NCBI GenBank assembly: GCA_030265395.1
Contig: JARFYF010000118.1
Span: 24,277,824-24,341,823, forward strand
DNA from: Rhina ancylostomus
Taxonomy: Eukaryota
DNA length: 64,000 nt
Reading direction: 5' to 3'
A program made the position numbers and the translations under genes. The number at the start of each line of letters is the position of its first letter. Positions within the stretch are counted from its first letter, which is position 1. Below the pieces are notes generated by a model that made no database searches, was not told where the DNA came from, and was given only the letters and a program-made list of their open reading frames with translations. Shown here piece by piece: positions 25,901 to 37,049 of the stretch.

Positions 25901-28900
25901 AACACAGAATAAAGAAGTGAAGACCTGCAATGAAAGAGCAAAGAAGCACTGAACACTAACACACCCTAAACTTTTCTGTCATAGTGGTCTCAAAAATGTT
26001 CTCGGTATAATAGAATGATATTTTTGGAATGATTATGAAACATAAGCAAATGATGATAATTCTTGTGAGAAGCTGAGGAGAAAAAGCAGGTTGTAGTTAG
26101 TTATTGTAATTTTAAAAATCTCTGGAGAAAGTGAGATTAGTGTGAAGAAGATTCAATGTGCTGGGATGAGGCAAGCATGCAGGAAAGTGTACTTGCATTC
26201 ACAGGAGGGTAAATATGTGTTTATTCTTATTTCTCAGTTCCTTAATAGAGAGAATTAATTGTATTATTATGAGTGCAATTAGAAAAATGGAGAAATAAAA
26301 ACGTAAAGAAGTTCATTCTTGGCCAGTAGGAATAAACACACTACATAGTCCCTCAAGCACGTTGCACTCTGCCACTGAAATTCAGTTCCATGACTTCAAA
26401 GGAACTGATTTTCAGAAGCAGAGATGAATGTGCTCCTGCTGTTATGTGGTTCATTATTATATAGTGAGCTATATTACAGGTTTCATAGATCTAAATGATC
26501 TCTCAGTGAGTGGATGAGAACTTTAATTGCATAAAGGGGAAAAACAATTATATGTGACATTTTACTGTGATTTTACAAATCACATTACCAAACACTCATA
26601 AGAAGCGATCAAAACATAATGACAGAACAAATCTTTGGAGTGTAACTTGCTATTGTTGAAGCACCACCAACTGACAATTAGTCCACAAACATTTCTATTC
26701 ATACATAAGTAAAACTCTGATAATCTGCATATCCGACCATTTGGAAATCCCACTGGTAGGCATCTGGCTCACCAAGTGATGTTTGCAATTGCAACTCACA
26801 GGTTTCTGGTTACACATCCCCTTCCTATTCAGTGGGTCCCTACTTCCCATGCTCCCCTTCCACTCGCCAGGGGCTCTGGTTCCTACACTCACTTCCACTC
26901 ACTAGGGCTCAGATTCCAAGGCTCCACTCACCTGACCCCCAGTTCCACACACCCTGTCCACTTACTAGGGCCCTGGTTCCTGCATTCACTTCCACTAGCT
27001 AGGGTGTGAGTTCCAGTGCTCTGCAACCACACACCAGGGCCCCACTTCTAGCCCTTCTTTCTACTTGTCAGAGCCCAGTTCCTGCACTCCCTTTCAGCTG
27101 ACCTGGTTTTGTTGGCCATGCTCCCTTGAAACGTACAACTGAAATGTTATTGTGTGACATCTTTTAAAAAAAAGGAAATTAAAAGTGTTGAAGTATGATT
27201 AAAATAATATCCGACAGTCCAGAAAATCTGCTTGTCCATTATCACCAAAGTCCCAAGTGTGCTGAATTAATGGAGTTTTACTGTACTACTTGTTGCTTCA
27301 GGTAATTGCAGGTTCCGAACAGATACAAAGTATGGTTCCCACTGTTGACTGCCCACAGATTTTCAGAGATCATGATCTATCAAGTCAAATGCCTTTTAAT
27401 AACACTCCCAATTTTACCTCCATTTGCTTCAACAGGATGTAATACTTGGCAGTGTGAAAAACATAATGTGACTTGAAGCTATCTCACTTGCTTTGGTCAT
27501 ATTGCTTTAAAATCAGAGCTTCTAGTTCAGTATTATGCAAAATAAGAAAGCAAATGGAAACTGCCTTTGAATGTATTTACATGTATTGGTGAATAATTAA
27601 TATATTGTTTAGAATACAACAGAGAAATGGGCCTTTCTTCCCACTGCATTTATGCCAAACTTTAAGCCTGTTTATGCTAACCTCATTTGCCCACACCAAG
27701 ACTGTATTTCTCTGTTCTTTGCCCATTTAAGTGTCTTTCTAAATGCCTCTTAACTGTAGCAATTTTATCTGATTTCACCACCTCTTCTGGCAGTGAGTTC
27801 CAGATATCAACCACTCTCTGTAAAAAAAAAACACTTACCCCTCAGAGCCCCTTTTAAATTTCTTTTCTCTCACCTGATCCCTATGCCCATTTATTTTTGA
27901 TATCCCTATCATGGGAAAAAGATTTTGACGATTTATCCTATCTATGCCAATTATCTAGATGCTGCTGCATTACAAAATTTATTGTTCTGGATTCTGTTTT
28001 CAACCCACACCAGCTGACCTACTTAGCAAATTTTGTATTAGTACATGAGGCAACATTTATTTTATTACTATTTGTGTACCCAGTTAATATGGCATGCCCA
28101 GTTAATATGGCATTAAGTGATGCATGCCAAGTGATGCATGCCAGGTACATAGGCACCTGGTGTCAGGCAGCCATTTGGCAGTTGAGATTTAATACAGATA
28201 ATTGTCAAGTGAATCATTTTGATCAGAAGTATATGGCAATATTAACTAAACAAAATAATCCAAAAGGCATGCTAGCCCAGAGAAATCCAAGGGCATGCCA
28301 GTACTGAGAGACCTGAGAGTATTTGTACACAAACTTTTGAAAGTAGCAGGGCAGAGTGATAAGCCAGTTTGTAAAGATAAACATACAATATCCCTGGCTT
28401 CATAAAAATGGGTCTAGTGTACACAAGCAAAAATATTATCCTAATCCATTTATAAAACACTAGTTAGGTATCAGCTGAAATTCTGGACATCGAGCTTTAA
28501 GAGCAGTGTCAAGGACTTACAGGGGGCATGAAAGAATTTACCAGAATCATACCTTAGAGTAGAACTGCAGATATACAAATAAGCTAGAATTATTCATCCT
28601 TCAACAGAGAGGATTAAGGGAAGATTTTGAAGATGTGTTCAAAATCATGAAGGATTTTGATGAAGTAAATAAGGAGAAATTGTTTCTACTAGCAGCAAGA
28701 TTCATAACCAAGGTGGTCTGGCAAAGGAAAGTGACTAAAAATTCTTTGATAAATGTTGTGACATGGATTAAACTGCTTGAATTCATAGTGTAAACTGAAT
28801 CAGGCACAACACTTGTGGGTCAATACATAAAGGGAAAAAATTTAAAGGCTTTGAGGAAAAATTGAGGAAATAGGATTCATTGGATAGCTCTTTCAAACAG

Positions 28901-31900
28901 ATGGAATGGGTATGAAGGGTCAAGTTATCTACTTTTTTGCTGTTTTGACCTCTGACTGAGATTGGATTGATTATGGCATACATTGTATTTTTACACACTG
29001 TTCATGCCAAATCAACTTGCTTCAAAACTAATCCAAGCTCAACCAATCTTTTAATTTCTTACCAACAACTCTCAATCCTTTACAAAGCTAAAGTATGAAT
29101 ATCTGAAAAGTTTATTTCTGAAAGGCATCTTCTGTGCAACACACAAAGAAAATTTAATGTTGAATAGACAAACAGATTTAGAAAATCGAGCATGACCAAT
29201 TATGGTGTAGGATTAATCCCAATAATATTCAGCCTTGGATTCATTATCATCAAACTTGAAGCTATGAAACATATGTTTTTCAGTCAAATCTTTACTGATG
29301 AAATGAAGCTTTTATCTTTCTGAATACTACAGGGGAAGGCTTTCATTTTGTATCCTGTTTGATCTGGATGGGTTAGTAGACTTATTCCAAGTAGAACATT
29401 CTTTCATTTTCCATCATTTTCCATTCATAGCAATGACAAAAGTAGCAAAACATTAGAAAATGTCATAAAAAAAAACAAATAGCTGTGTTGACTTCTACTG
29501 TTATATTACACTATATTTTCATGTAGAACACAATTTTAAGGTAAGGACTATATGGTTTCAACTATGCTTTAACTAAGATAAGATATCTTTATTAGTCACG
29601 TGGACATCGAAGCACACAGTGAAATTCATCTTTTGTGTAGAGTACACTGGGGGTAGTCTGCAAGTGTTGCCACACTTCAGGCGCCAACATGGCGTGCCCG
29701 AAACTTCCTAACCCATATGTCTTTGAAATGTGGGAGGAAACCAGAGCACCCGGAAGAAACCCATGCAGTCACACAGGGAAAACGTACAAACTCCTTACAG
29801 ACAGTGGCCAGAATAGAACCAGGGTTGCTGGCACTGTAATAATGTTACGCTAACTGCTACACTACTGTGCCTGACCACTGATGAGAAGAAAAGGGAGTTA
29901 ATGAACATCAGAATAAGATGAGACCAAGCCTTTACCACGTCCTCATTCCAACTAGAGATCCATAAGGTTATTATAATCATCAAAAACACACTCCACAAAA
30001 ACAGTTGCCCACTGCTTTAAGATAGATTAAGGTATCCTGCCATTGGAAAGCCAGCAGAATAATTAAAAACTTTCTAATTTTCAATCCATGAAACATCTAG
30101 TTCAGAGTTCTGCATCACTGCATTTTAAAGAGATGATGGAAATTTCCATATAGCTAATGTCTAGTGGCACAAGTAGCTTCTTTCCTACTCTACAACATAG
30201 AATAAAACATGTGAATGTTGTACCTATGACCTCTAATGCCACTGTCGTTGTTTAGGATACTCTTTATTGTTCAAGCTGTATAACCAATCCTGCACATTGG
30301 TTCAAAACCAATATTTCACATTAGCCAGTGTTCTGCACCAATGCTTTGTACAGTCTAGGAAACAGAATATCCTGACCTAAATAGAGCTTCTTGCTGGTTA
30401 GAGGGATATTAATTATGTATGCGGTCATAGACAAGTTGCTAGCTTAGGTTTCTGAGTTTCCAATGGGAAATGCAATATATTTTTGATCTATTTGCTCCCA
30501 GATCTAATAATGGGTATAAAGGCCATTAACTGACTATAATTGCTTTACACCACTGAAAGAACAAGCCTTGTTCTTACTGCACATTACTGCTACTCCTCTG
30601 CTCCAGAGTAACTTCTGTTTAAAGCAAAAGATGACCTCATTATTCAGTGAGAGTTTCTGAAGAATCCCTCAAGAAGAAGGTGCAGGTCTGCCCTGTTCAT
30701 GATCAACTAGTTTCTGAATGGAGTCCATCAGTGGGCATTTGACACTTAACCTAAATCATATCTATTTTGGACGTCTTCCCATGACAATAAAAGGTCCCAC
30801 AGGTTTAGCAGTGGTATCAATGCCTGTACAGGTGAGCTCAGGCTGGCACAATATTGAGGTGACACCCATGGCTAATGCATGAGTTTTTGTTTACTAGACC
30901 TGAAATGAGACAGTCCAAGTTTAATTCTCACTAGATATTATTGAATATTTCCAGCATTTTCCATTTCTAATTCATACCGGGCAGGCATGGTAGTGTGGCA
31001 GTTAGCATAACACTTTACAGTGCCAGTGACCCGGGTTCAATTCCGGCCATTGTCTGTAAGGAGTTTGTACATTCTCCCTGTATTGTGTGGGTTTCCTCTG
31101 GGTGCTCCAGTTTCCTTCCACATTCCAAAAACATACGGGTTAGGAAGTTGTGGGCATGCTATCTTGACACTGGAAGCGTGGTGACACTTACAGGCTGCCC
31201 CCAGAACATTGTACACAAAGATGTATTTCATTGTGTGTTTCGATGTACATGTGACAAATAAAGATATCTTCTTTACTAGCTCTGGCTGAATTCATTGAAG
31301 GATTGATTTCAGTTTTATTATATATAACTCTTTCACTATGAGGATTCACCTCTTTTGCCAAGACTACAACCATTTGAATATTTCACAGAAGCTTCATCAG
31401 ACAAAGTCTGACATAGCCTGACAGGTTACCTGAAATCAGCTGTTAGATTTGAAGGAGTGATTTTAAGAAAGAGAGAGAAGCAGAGAGACTAGTTGGATTG
31501 GAGAGAGAATTCAAAAGTTATTGGCCTAGACAATTAATTGTATCTGCATTCCTGGTCCNNNNNNNNNNNNNNNNNCCATGATTTTGAAGTGTGCTGGGAA
31601 TTGCCCACCATTCCCATCTGGAACAGCAGCAGTCTCATTAACCTGTGCAAATATGGTCCTTGCCAGTGTGCATTAATGACCCTTTCACAAATGGGGCAGA
31701 AGTTTCTTAATGTGGTGTATAGTTTGCAAGGTGGAGCACTTGTTTTGCCACTTATGCAGGTTTCTGTGTGCTTCTGATCTATGGACTTAAGGTTCTCAGT
31801 ATCATTCTGAATGCTCCTTTGCCACTTTGGTCTAGAGATTCCCAAAGGTCCATGGGAATGTGGGTTTTGACTTTGAGTCATAGAATCATATGGCATGTAA

Positions 31901-32930
31901 ACAGGCCATTTGGCCCAACTTGTCCACACTGACCAGTGGGTGCCCTTCCATGTTAATCCCATCTCCCAGCACTTGGACCATAGCCTTCTATGCCAAGTGC
32001 GCATCTGGAAATACTTCTTAAATGCTGTTGGCAACCCAGCTTCAACCTCTGTCTCAGGCTTAGTCAAGGATGTGTTGAGCATGCCCTTGAATCTTTTCCT
32101 CTGTCTACTTGGTAATCTCTTCCTGACAGAGCTCAGGAAAGAGTGCCTGTTTCATAAGTTTTGTCTCGGGCATGAGACCAATGTGACCTACCCAACAGAG
32201 CTGGCTGAGTGTAGATAAGGCCTCAGTTCTGGGAATGTTGGCCTGGGAGAGGACACTGACATTGGTCCACATATCCTTCCAGTGAATTTGGCGGATGTTG
32301 CAGAGACAGTGTTGGTGGTGTTTTTCCAGTGCTTTGAGATGCCAACTGAAGGTAATTCAGGTCTCTGAAATATGTAAGAGAGAAAGGATCACTGACAAGA
32401 ATCTTGTGCCGGCTTCAATGTCTTAATCTTAAAATACCTTTCTCCTCAATCAATGAAAGGCTATGCAAAAGAAGATGAACTTCTTTCTGTAATTACTGTG
32501 GTGAAGTTACCAGGCTCACTAAGTCCAATTATCAAGTGTGAAGAAGGATATGTTAAGACAGAATTCTCTGTGAAAGAAACTTGCAAGTGTGAAGAACATA
32601 AAACACAATAGTACAACTTCAGTTTTCCACCACAATACTTTGCCAAGACTGAAAATCGTGCAGTTTTTACATGAAATGCATTGATCTCCAAACCCGAATT
32701 GCCAATGTTCCTCTAAGGATCCAGTAACTGCTTTAGTATCTAAAGTATCAAATAGTGCTATCGTGGAAATGAAGCTGTCTGTTTGCTTTCAGGTGCGCAC
32801 TGCTGCTAGAAAGAGGTGGCATCGATGGCAAGACAACCACACTCTAAGAGTACGAGTTGCACGGGCTATGTCCATACCAACCTCACCTACAAGAATCAGC
32901 TTTCAGAGCATAAAACAAACAGGTGTCTGA
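7806..32930 (+). CDS. CRHR2: Corticotropin-releasing hormone receptor, CRHR2-like (class B1 GPCR), 5'-partial; join(7806..7921,10597..10714,11160..11313,12267..12327,14470..14542,19244..19329,25429..25564,25744..25785,32793..32930)
   Basis: Nine AG/GT-bounded exons with compatible phases give 924 nt (307 aa + TGA) with no internal stop: [24 protein letters not shown]...[21 protein letters not shown]...[22 protein letters not shown]...[12 protein letters not shown]...[17 protein letters not shown]...[27 protein letters not shown]2-type residues: NLITTF, YFVVTN, AIVMTY, YYENE, SFLQSFQ, NGEV. Family assignment is firm; 1:1 orthology to CRHR2 is not (see findings). Confidence 0.95.
9026..9150. 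mobile_element. Left arm of a Penelope-like palindromic element
   Basis: gatgctggaaatcc..tgctggagatact..ggcagcatctgtagagagaga; same family as 34762 and 54169. Confidence 0.6.
9155..10270 (-). mobile_element. CR1 LINE, 5'-truncated
   Basis: Reverse complement of the CR1 RT (gtaccacagggatcactgctggggcctca, VPQGSLLGP) through to the 3' tail. Confidence 0.8.
10597..10714 (+). CDS. CRHR2: CRHR2-like exon, ICL1/TM2: [39 protein letters not shown]
   Basis: aacag|g ... gag|gtaagc; 118 bp. The 39-residue length matches CRHR2 (the CRHR1 segment is one residue longer). H2.50b intact. Confidence 0.96.
11160..11313 (+). CDS. CRHR2: CRHR2-like exon, TM3/ICL2: [51 protein letters not shown]
   Basis: tttttcag| ... 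t|gtaagt; 154 bp; class B signature [13 protein letters not shown]. Confidence 0.97.
12267..12327 (+). CDS. CRHR2: CRHR2-like exon, TM4: (C)[19 protein letters not shown](E)
   Basis: ttcttccatag| ... ga|gtaagt; 61 bp, phase 1 to 2. Confidence 0.95.
14470..14542 (+). CDS. CRHR2: CRHR2-like exon, ECL2/TM5: [24 protein letters not shown]
   Basis: tttacag|a ... ctg|gtaagt; 73 bp; CWFG...DYIxQGP motif. Confidence 0.95.
17925..18165 (-). mobile_element. Deu-domain SINE (SacSINE1/AmnSINE-like), decayed
   Basis: Reverse strand ggatgagatattaaactg..tggatttaaaagacctcatgacac resembles the Deu core. Confidence 0.55.
19244..19329 (+). CDS. CRHR2: CRHR2-like exon, TM5/ICL3: [28 protein letters not shown](R)
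   Basis: tttttgaacag| ... ag|gtaaat; 86 bp. Confidence 0.97.
22035..22300 (+). mobile_element. Deu-domain SINE (SacSINE1/AmnSINE-like)
   Basis: ccagtgcagtactga..agatgagaaattaaactga..gaatgtaaaagatcccgtggc..gaagagcag. Related fragments at ~39470, ~52030, ~53930 and ~54890. Confidence 0.7.
24030..24155. mobile_element. Penelope-like element arm
   Basis: gacctgaaac..actctgtttctctttccacagatg..tcagattcc..atctgca; same family as 34762. Confidence 0.6.
25429..25564 (+). CDS. CRHR2: CRHR2-like exon, TM6/ECL3/TM7: [45 protein letters not shown]
   Basis: tcctacag|g ... cag|gtgggt; 136 bp; PxxG motif (PLLG). Confidence 0.97.
25744..25785 (+). CDS. CRHR2: CRHR2-like exon, TM7: [14 protein letters not shown]
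   Basis: ttttacag| ... gag|gtaagt; the 42-bp exon characteristic of class B1 GPCRs. Confidence 0.97.
26702..27285. mobile_element. Non-autonomous pogo/Tigger-like DNA transposon with an internal minisatellite
   Basis: Left end ta..agtaaaactctgataatc and right end gaattaatggagttttactg-ta are imperfect inverted repeats bounded by TA. Confidence 0.6.
27612..27950 (-). mobile_element. CR1 LINE 3' end
   Basis: Reverse complement reads agagtggttgatatctggaactcactgccagaagaggtggtg ([14 protein letters not shown]) plus tail. Confidence 0.8.
28165..28930 (+). mobile_element. CR1 LINE fragment
   Basis: [40 protein letters not shown] motifs. Confidence 0.75.
29576..29876 (-). mobile_element. Near full-length V-SINE
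   Basis: Reverse complement of the element at 30979-31273 over its whole length. Confidence 0.85.
30979..31273 (+). mobile_element. Near full-length V-SINE
   Basis: tRNA head with A-box-like tggtagtgtggcagttagc and B-box gggttcaattcc, V-domain gggtttcctctgggtgctccagtttcc, tail catgtgacaaataaagatatctt. Confidence 0.85.
31700..32420 (-). mobile_element. RTE LINE fragment interrupted by a CR1 3' tail (~31872-32060)
   Basis: Reverse strand resembles 340-660 (cccatggacctttgggaatctctagaccaaagtggcaaaggagcattc; RPKWQRSI). The inserted CR1 tail ends in ctatgactc repeats. Confidence 0.65.
32793..32930 (+). CDS. CRHR2: CRHR2-like last coding exon, helix 8/C-tail: [45 protein letters not shown]
   Basis: tttgctttcag| acceptor; [12 protein letters not shown] motif; TGA at 32928-32930. 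Confidence 0.97.
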   Translation: MRTAARKRWHRWQDNHTLRVRVARAMSIPTSPTRISFQSIKQTGV

Positions 32931-33077
32931 CGCGGCAATACCGAGGACCCTTCTTTTTGAATTTTTCATTGTTTTCCTTCAACTCTGAAGTGATTTGTTT
33001 GTTTGTGGATTGTTGTGCACATTTAAAACACGTGATGGTGAATAAGAGAAACTAACAATCCACGTCTCACTGCAAGT

Positions 33078-33083
33078 AATAAA
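33078..33083 (+). terminator. Candidate proximal polyadenylation signal of the CRHR-like gene
   Basis: First AATAAA after the stop codon. Other AATAAA hexamers lie further downstream (e.g. 36785-36790, after AT-rich UTR-like sequence). No transcript evidence. Confidence 0.3.
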
Positions 33084-34761
33084 AGCTGGGGAGTCAGAGT
33101 GGAGCAGCCTGTAATTTTCCTTCTAGCATGTAGCTCAGAAATGGCCCAGGACAGCGATTGAGTCTGCATTAATAGGGTAGCCCACTTAACTTATTCCATG
33201 GTCCGGCTCTAAGAGAGCTTGTCACAATCTCAGGGCAAGAATGAAGTCCATTTCAAAGTTTTATTCTACCAGGTTTTATCTTGCATCACTGATCTCACGT
33301 GATGAAATCTGGTTCCCCACTGAAATATCACCTTGATTGGGCAACTGGGAATCTATAGTGAAGGGAGGAAATCTTAATTCCTGATAGCACAGAGAAGAAC
33401 GCTGAAGCTTGTTAATATTAATCCACTGAAGAAAAGCACTGAAAGAATGACTATCTTTTCCAAAGCCAAATGCTGTCTGCTGGACAGTACATACCAAGTG
33501 GAAAAAGGACATCACATCTGTCAAATGATATGAGACAGAGATCTGTTTGTCAAAGAATTTGTGTTAAAGACAGGAGAAACGGAAAATGGAAGAGTTAATC
33601 ATTTCCATGAACTAGAGGGAGCAATGCATGAACAGTATGAGCGGCAACATCTTGCTCAAACAATTTTACTGAAAGAAGACAATTTCTATGCTATTTCATT
33701 GGTGTTGTTTTGATTAATGAATTATTGCAGACCATGGCTGGTTAATGTTCAATTAACCACCTTGAGGTCATATTGGGAGTTGCTGTATTGATATTTCCTT
33801 CTGTTCAGAGACCCAGACTCTTGGAATACCTAACTGTAACCCTTTATTTAACGCTATAGTCAATACTGAAACAGAAATCGTTGACTATATGGAACCCATC
33901 CAGTGTCTGTGTAATTGGTGTTCAGACCTAGCCAGAATGATCAAACCCTGATTACCAGCAGCATGGAGCAACCACATAAAAGGGGATATGTGTTATTGGC
34001 AGCTAACTAGATACAAAAAGATACATGAATCACCTAGGTATAGAGGGTACCTGCTGTACAGCCATTCCCCAAACAAGGTGACTGTGACAGAGGCAGTTCA
34101 CGCCTTACGGAACATTTAACGTGAGATTTTTTTTTACATCTGAGGTTTAGTGTCACGCTCTTTTAATGAAGTAGACCCCATGCAGTTAAGCAGTGTTAAA
34201 AGTGGCTTGTTATATACAATGTTAACAATTGTAACAATATTTATACCAAAGCATACCATGATATTTAGGCAGCAGTCTCTAATATTTATATTTACATGTA
34301 CGTTCCTAAGTTTAAGATGGAGTGCACTAGGATCACAGCACATCAGGGAAAAACATGCTCCACTGCCATCCACACTTTACAAATCCAGTAATCCACATGG
34401 AAATCAGCAATTCCTATTGAAGTTAATTTAAGCAGCAAAGTGTGACTTTCAGACTGCAAGTGCTATCTTGCCGCATCCTGACAGCGTTCAGATTAGAACT
34501 CCAACTTTTCTCCTAACTCACACAGGATTTCAAGTTATGAAATCAGGTTCACTTAGCCTTCCCATGTTCCTCCAGCCTGAAGGCAAATTAATCTGAATTT
34601 AGTTGTTCTTCCTACTTTGAAATGTCGCTTCCTTTCAGGGTAGATTAGGGACATTGGCCTGGAAATTCATCAGCATCTTTAAACCCACACTGATGGGTAA
34701 TTGTATGGTGCACAAATGAAGATATGTTGATTCTGAGACCAAAGCCAATTTGTGGGGGAGG

Positions 34762-34950
34762 AATAAAACAGAAAGTGGTGGAAACACTCAGCAGGTCAGC
34801 CAGCATCTGTGGAAAGAGAAACAGAGTTAATGTTTCAGGTCAAAGATCCTTCATCTGTTTCCTTTACCATAGATGTTCCCAGAGCTGCTGAGTATTTCCA
34901 GCATGTTCTATTTTTGTATCAGCATTCCAGCATCTGCCATTGTTTGGCTT
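34762..34950. mobile_element. Penelope-like palindromic element
   Basis: Arms aaaacagaaagtggtggaaacactcagcagg..catctgtggaaagagaaacaga and tctgtttcctttaccatagatg..ctgctgagtatttccagcatgttctattttt are reverse complements. Confidence 0.7.
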
Positions 34951-37049
34951 TCAGTGGGTTAGAGTGGGTTGCAGTCCAGACCTGGGAAAGATCTGAAAAT
35001 GGGGAGATGCATGAGGAATGCACGGGGAATTAGGAGATCAAATGAAATGCATGAAGATTAAGAGCCTGGAGCAATCCAGAGATTATGTAATTGGTGCCGA
35101 GTGATTGCGAACTTTGTTGGGGTGGTTGGGGGCTCATGGGGGTGATAGGGGACTGGAGAGAGCAGATTAGCTTTTCAAACTAAGGAACCCATTTAGGCTG
35201 GGTTCCCAGCATTGGGCTTGTACCTGCCCTGAGAGGCCTCCTCCAAACTGCATTGCTGTAAAGGACTGAATTCTGAAAACTTCATTGTTTCAATGACATG
35301 CACACCTCAAACAATTTGATGTCACCCTCTGTGTAACCAATGGGGAAGAGCCAGACCCACAAGGTAATTTGTGGCCTGGCATGCACAGGCAAATTCCCAG
35401 TGTGGCACAATACAGTATAACCAATCACATTCCACTGTAGAAATAAGTGACTTTTAAATATATAGCACTGAAAATATGTCCAAATTTCTGGGCCACCATT
35501 CCAATATATATGACCATGGTGTACCACACCAGAGAGTGATTAATTGATCATCAATTAAGTGAGAAATAGTATCATTCTCCAGCACCAAGTCATAAAAGCA
35601 CAAAGGTATATCCCCTGAAAAGTTATTCGGTACCCCTGACTAAGTTATGAGATGGATAAAGGTTGTTTGTACCTTAGATCAGTTCCTCAGATCTTCATCC
35701 CGCCGCATGCAATTAACATTTTATGGATTGTATCTTAGCAAATTAATCTCCTGAAGGCAGTTCCTGTATCAATCCCTGATCCTCCAAGAAAATCAAATGC
35801 AATTTTGCAATGTTCACCTCCAACTCTCCCATCCCACTACCCCAAGCTGCCTCTCAAATCGTCTTCATACAAATCACCCATATTGTGTTTCAATCCTGGC
35901 CAAGGTACACAGGACTCATTGTGTCCCACAGAGCATCTCATCACTGCCATCTGTACCTATCCATATCACCTCCAGTTACATTCCCTGAGAAATCTTTATC
36001 CAGCTTCCTTTGAAAGGAGTTACTAACACAAATGCTTCTGACTGTGAGTCTGATTCAAAAAAGCTGCTACTTTGCGGAAAAGAAGGCCAGATTTCCTCGG
36101 AGCTTCTCCCAGCCTCCTATTCTGTCTTTGCCAGAGCCCATTTACACAGGAATGTGGACTTTTGATCCCACTTCAAGAGAAGTTAAGGCAAAAGAGTGAA
36201 AGCAGCTCCATGGAAATTCCCGGACAGTTTCTTTGAACCTTGCTTATTTTAAAACTGTATCCTGTGGTTCTATGTCGATAAAGTCAAGTTACTCAGTGCA
36301 GTTGTGTTTCTGAGAGATATGATTTGTACAAACCATTTGTTGTGTGATTTTTATTTTACCCTAATTTTATGAGATTGGGGAAGAAAGAAGGTTGGCAATC
36401 TTATGAAACAGATGTATATTTTTGGTTGTAATATATGTGCAAAATTTATATGTAAATCATATAAAAGTATAAAGTATTTGAAAATTCAGAATAGGACGAT
36501 TTGAATATTCTTTGCAAAACAAATGTGGAAATGTTTAAATTATACTGAGTTGTATTATGAATTTCTAACAGACAAGAAAGGAAATTTCATCCAGTGGGTT
36601 CATGCTTTATAGTAGGCTTTGAAAACAGTTTGATCATCACTTTTCTTTCCTAAGAATTTCAGTGTTTTGTTTTGCCAATTTGCTATACTTTACTGCACTT
36701 GCATCAGACAGAATGTAAAATAGTTTGCCCCAGATCAGTCATCAATTAGTGGATTCCCAATAGGGATTATTTCATTTAGGCATCAATAAAACATCAGGGA
36801 GTTAAATGGCACAACCATTAAAAATAGATGCATGTAATGCTCTGCATGATTAACCTTCACCTTTTGCTTCCAATGCAGATAGCACACCAAATATGAGCTG
36901 CATTTTCATTATATTTCAGCATGGTGTAGGAGCTAACCCTAGTATTTGTTTATGTCATGAAGCTGTTAAAGCTACTTAAAACCAGATTATGTTTAAAGAA
37001 GAAGTACACTGTGGCCAATGCCTCAGGAGCAGACAGGTGTTTTAAAGCT

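Noticed and set aside
28078-28145. Adjacent short tandem duplications containing CATG cores, as a possible p53 element
   Set aside because: They do not form two properly spaced RRRCWWGYYY half-sites; they look like slippage duplications between LINE fragments.
30985-31050. tRNA-like A/B boxes
   Set aside because: They are the head of a SINE, followed by the V-domain and tail; not a tRNA gene.
32760-33310. Mild CpG enrichment and CACGTG/TCACGTGA boxes as an internal CDIP1 promoter
   Set aside because: The CpGs are explained by the coding exon, density is far below an island, and isolated E-boxes occur by chance.
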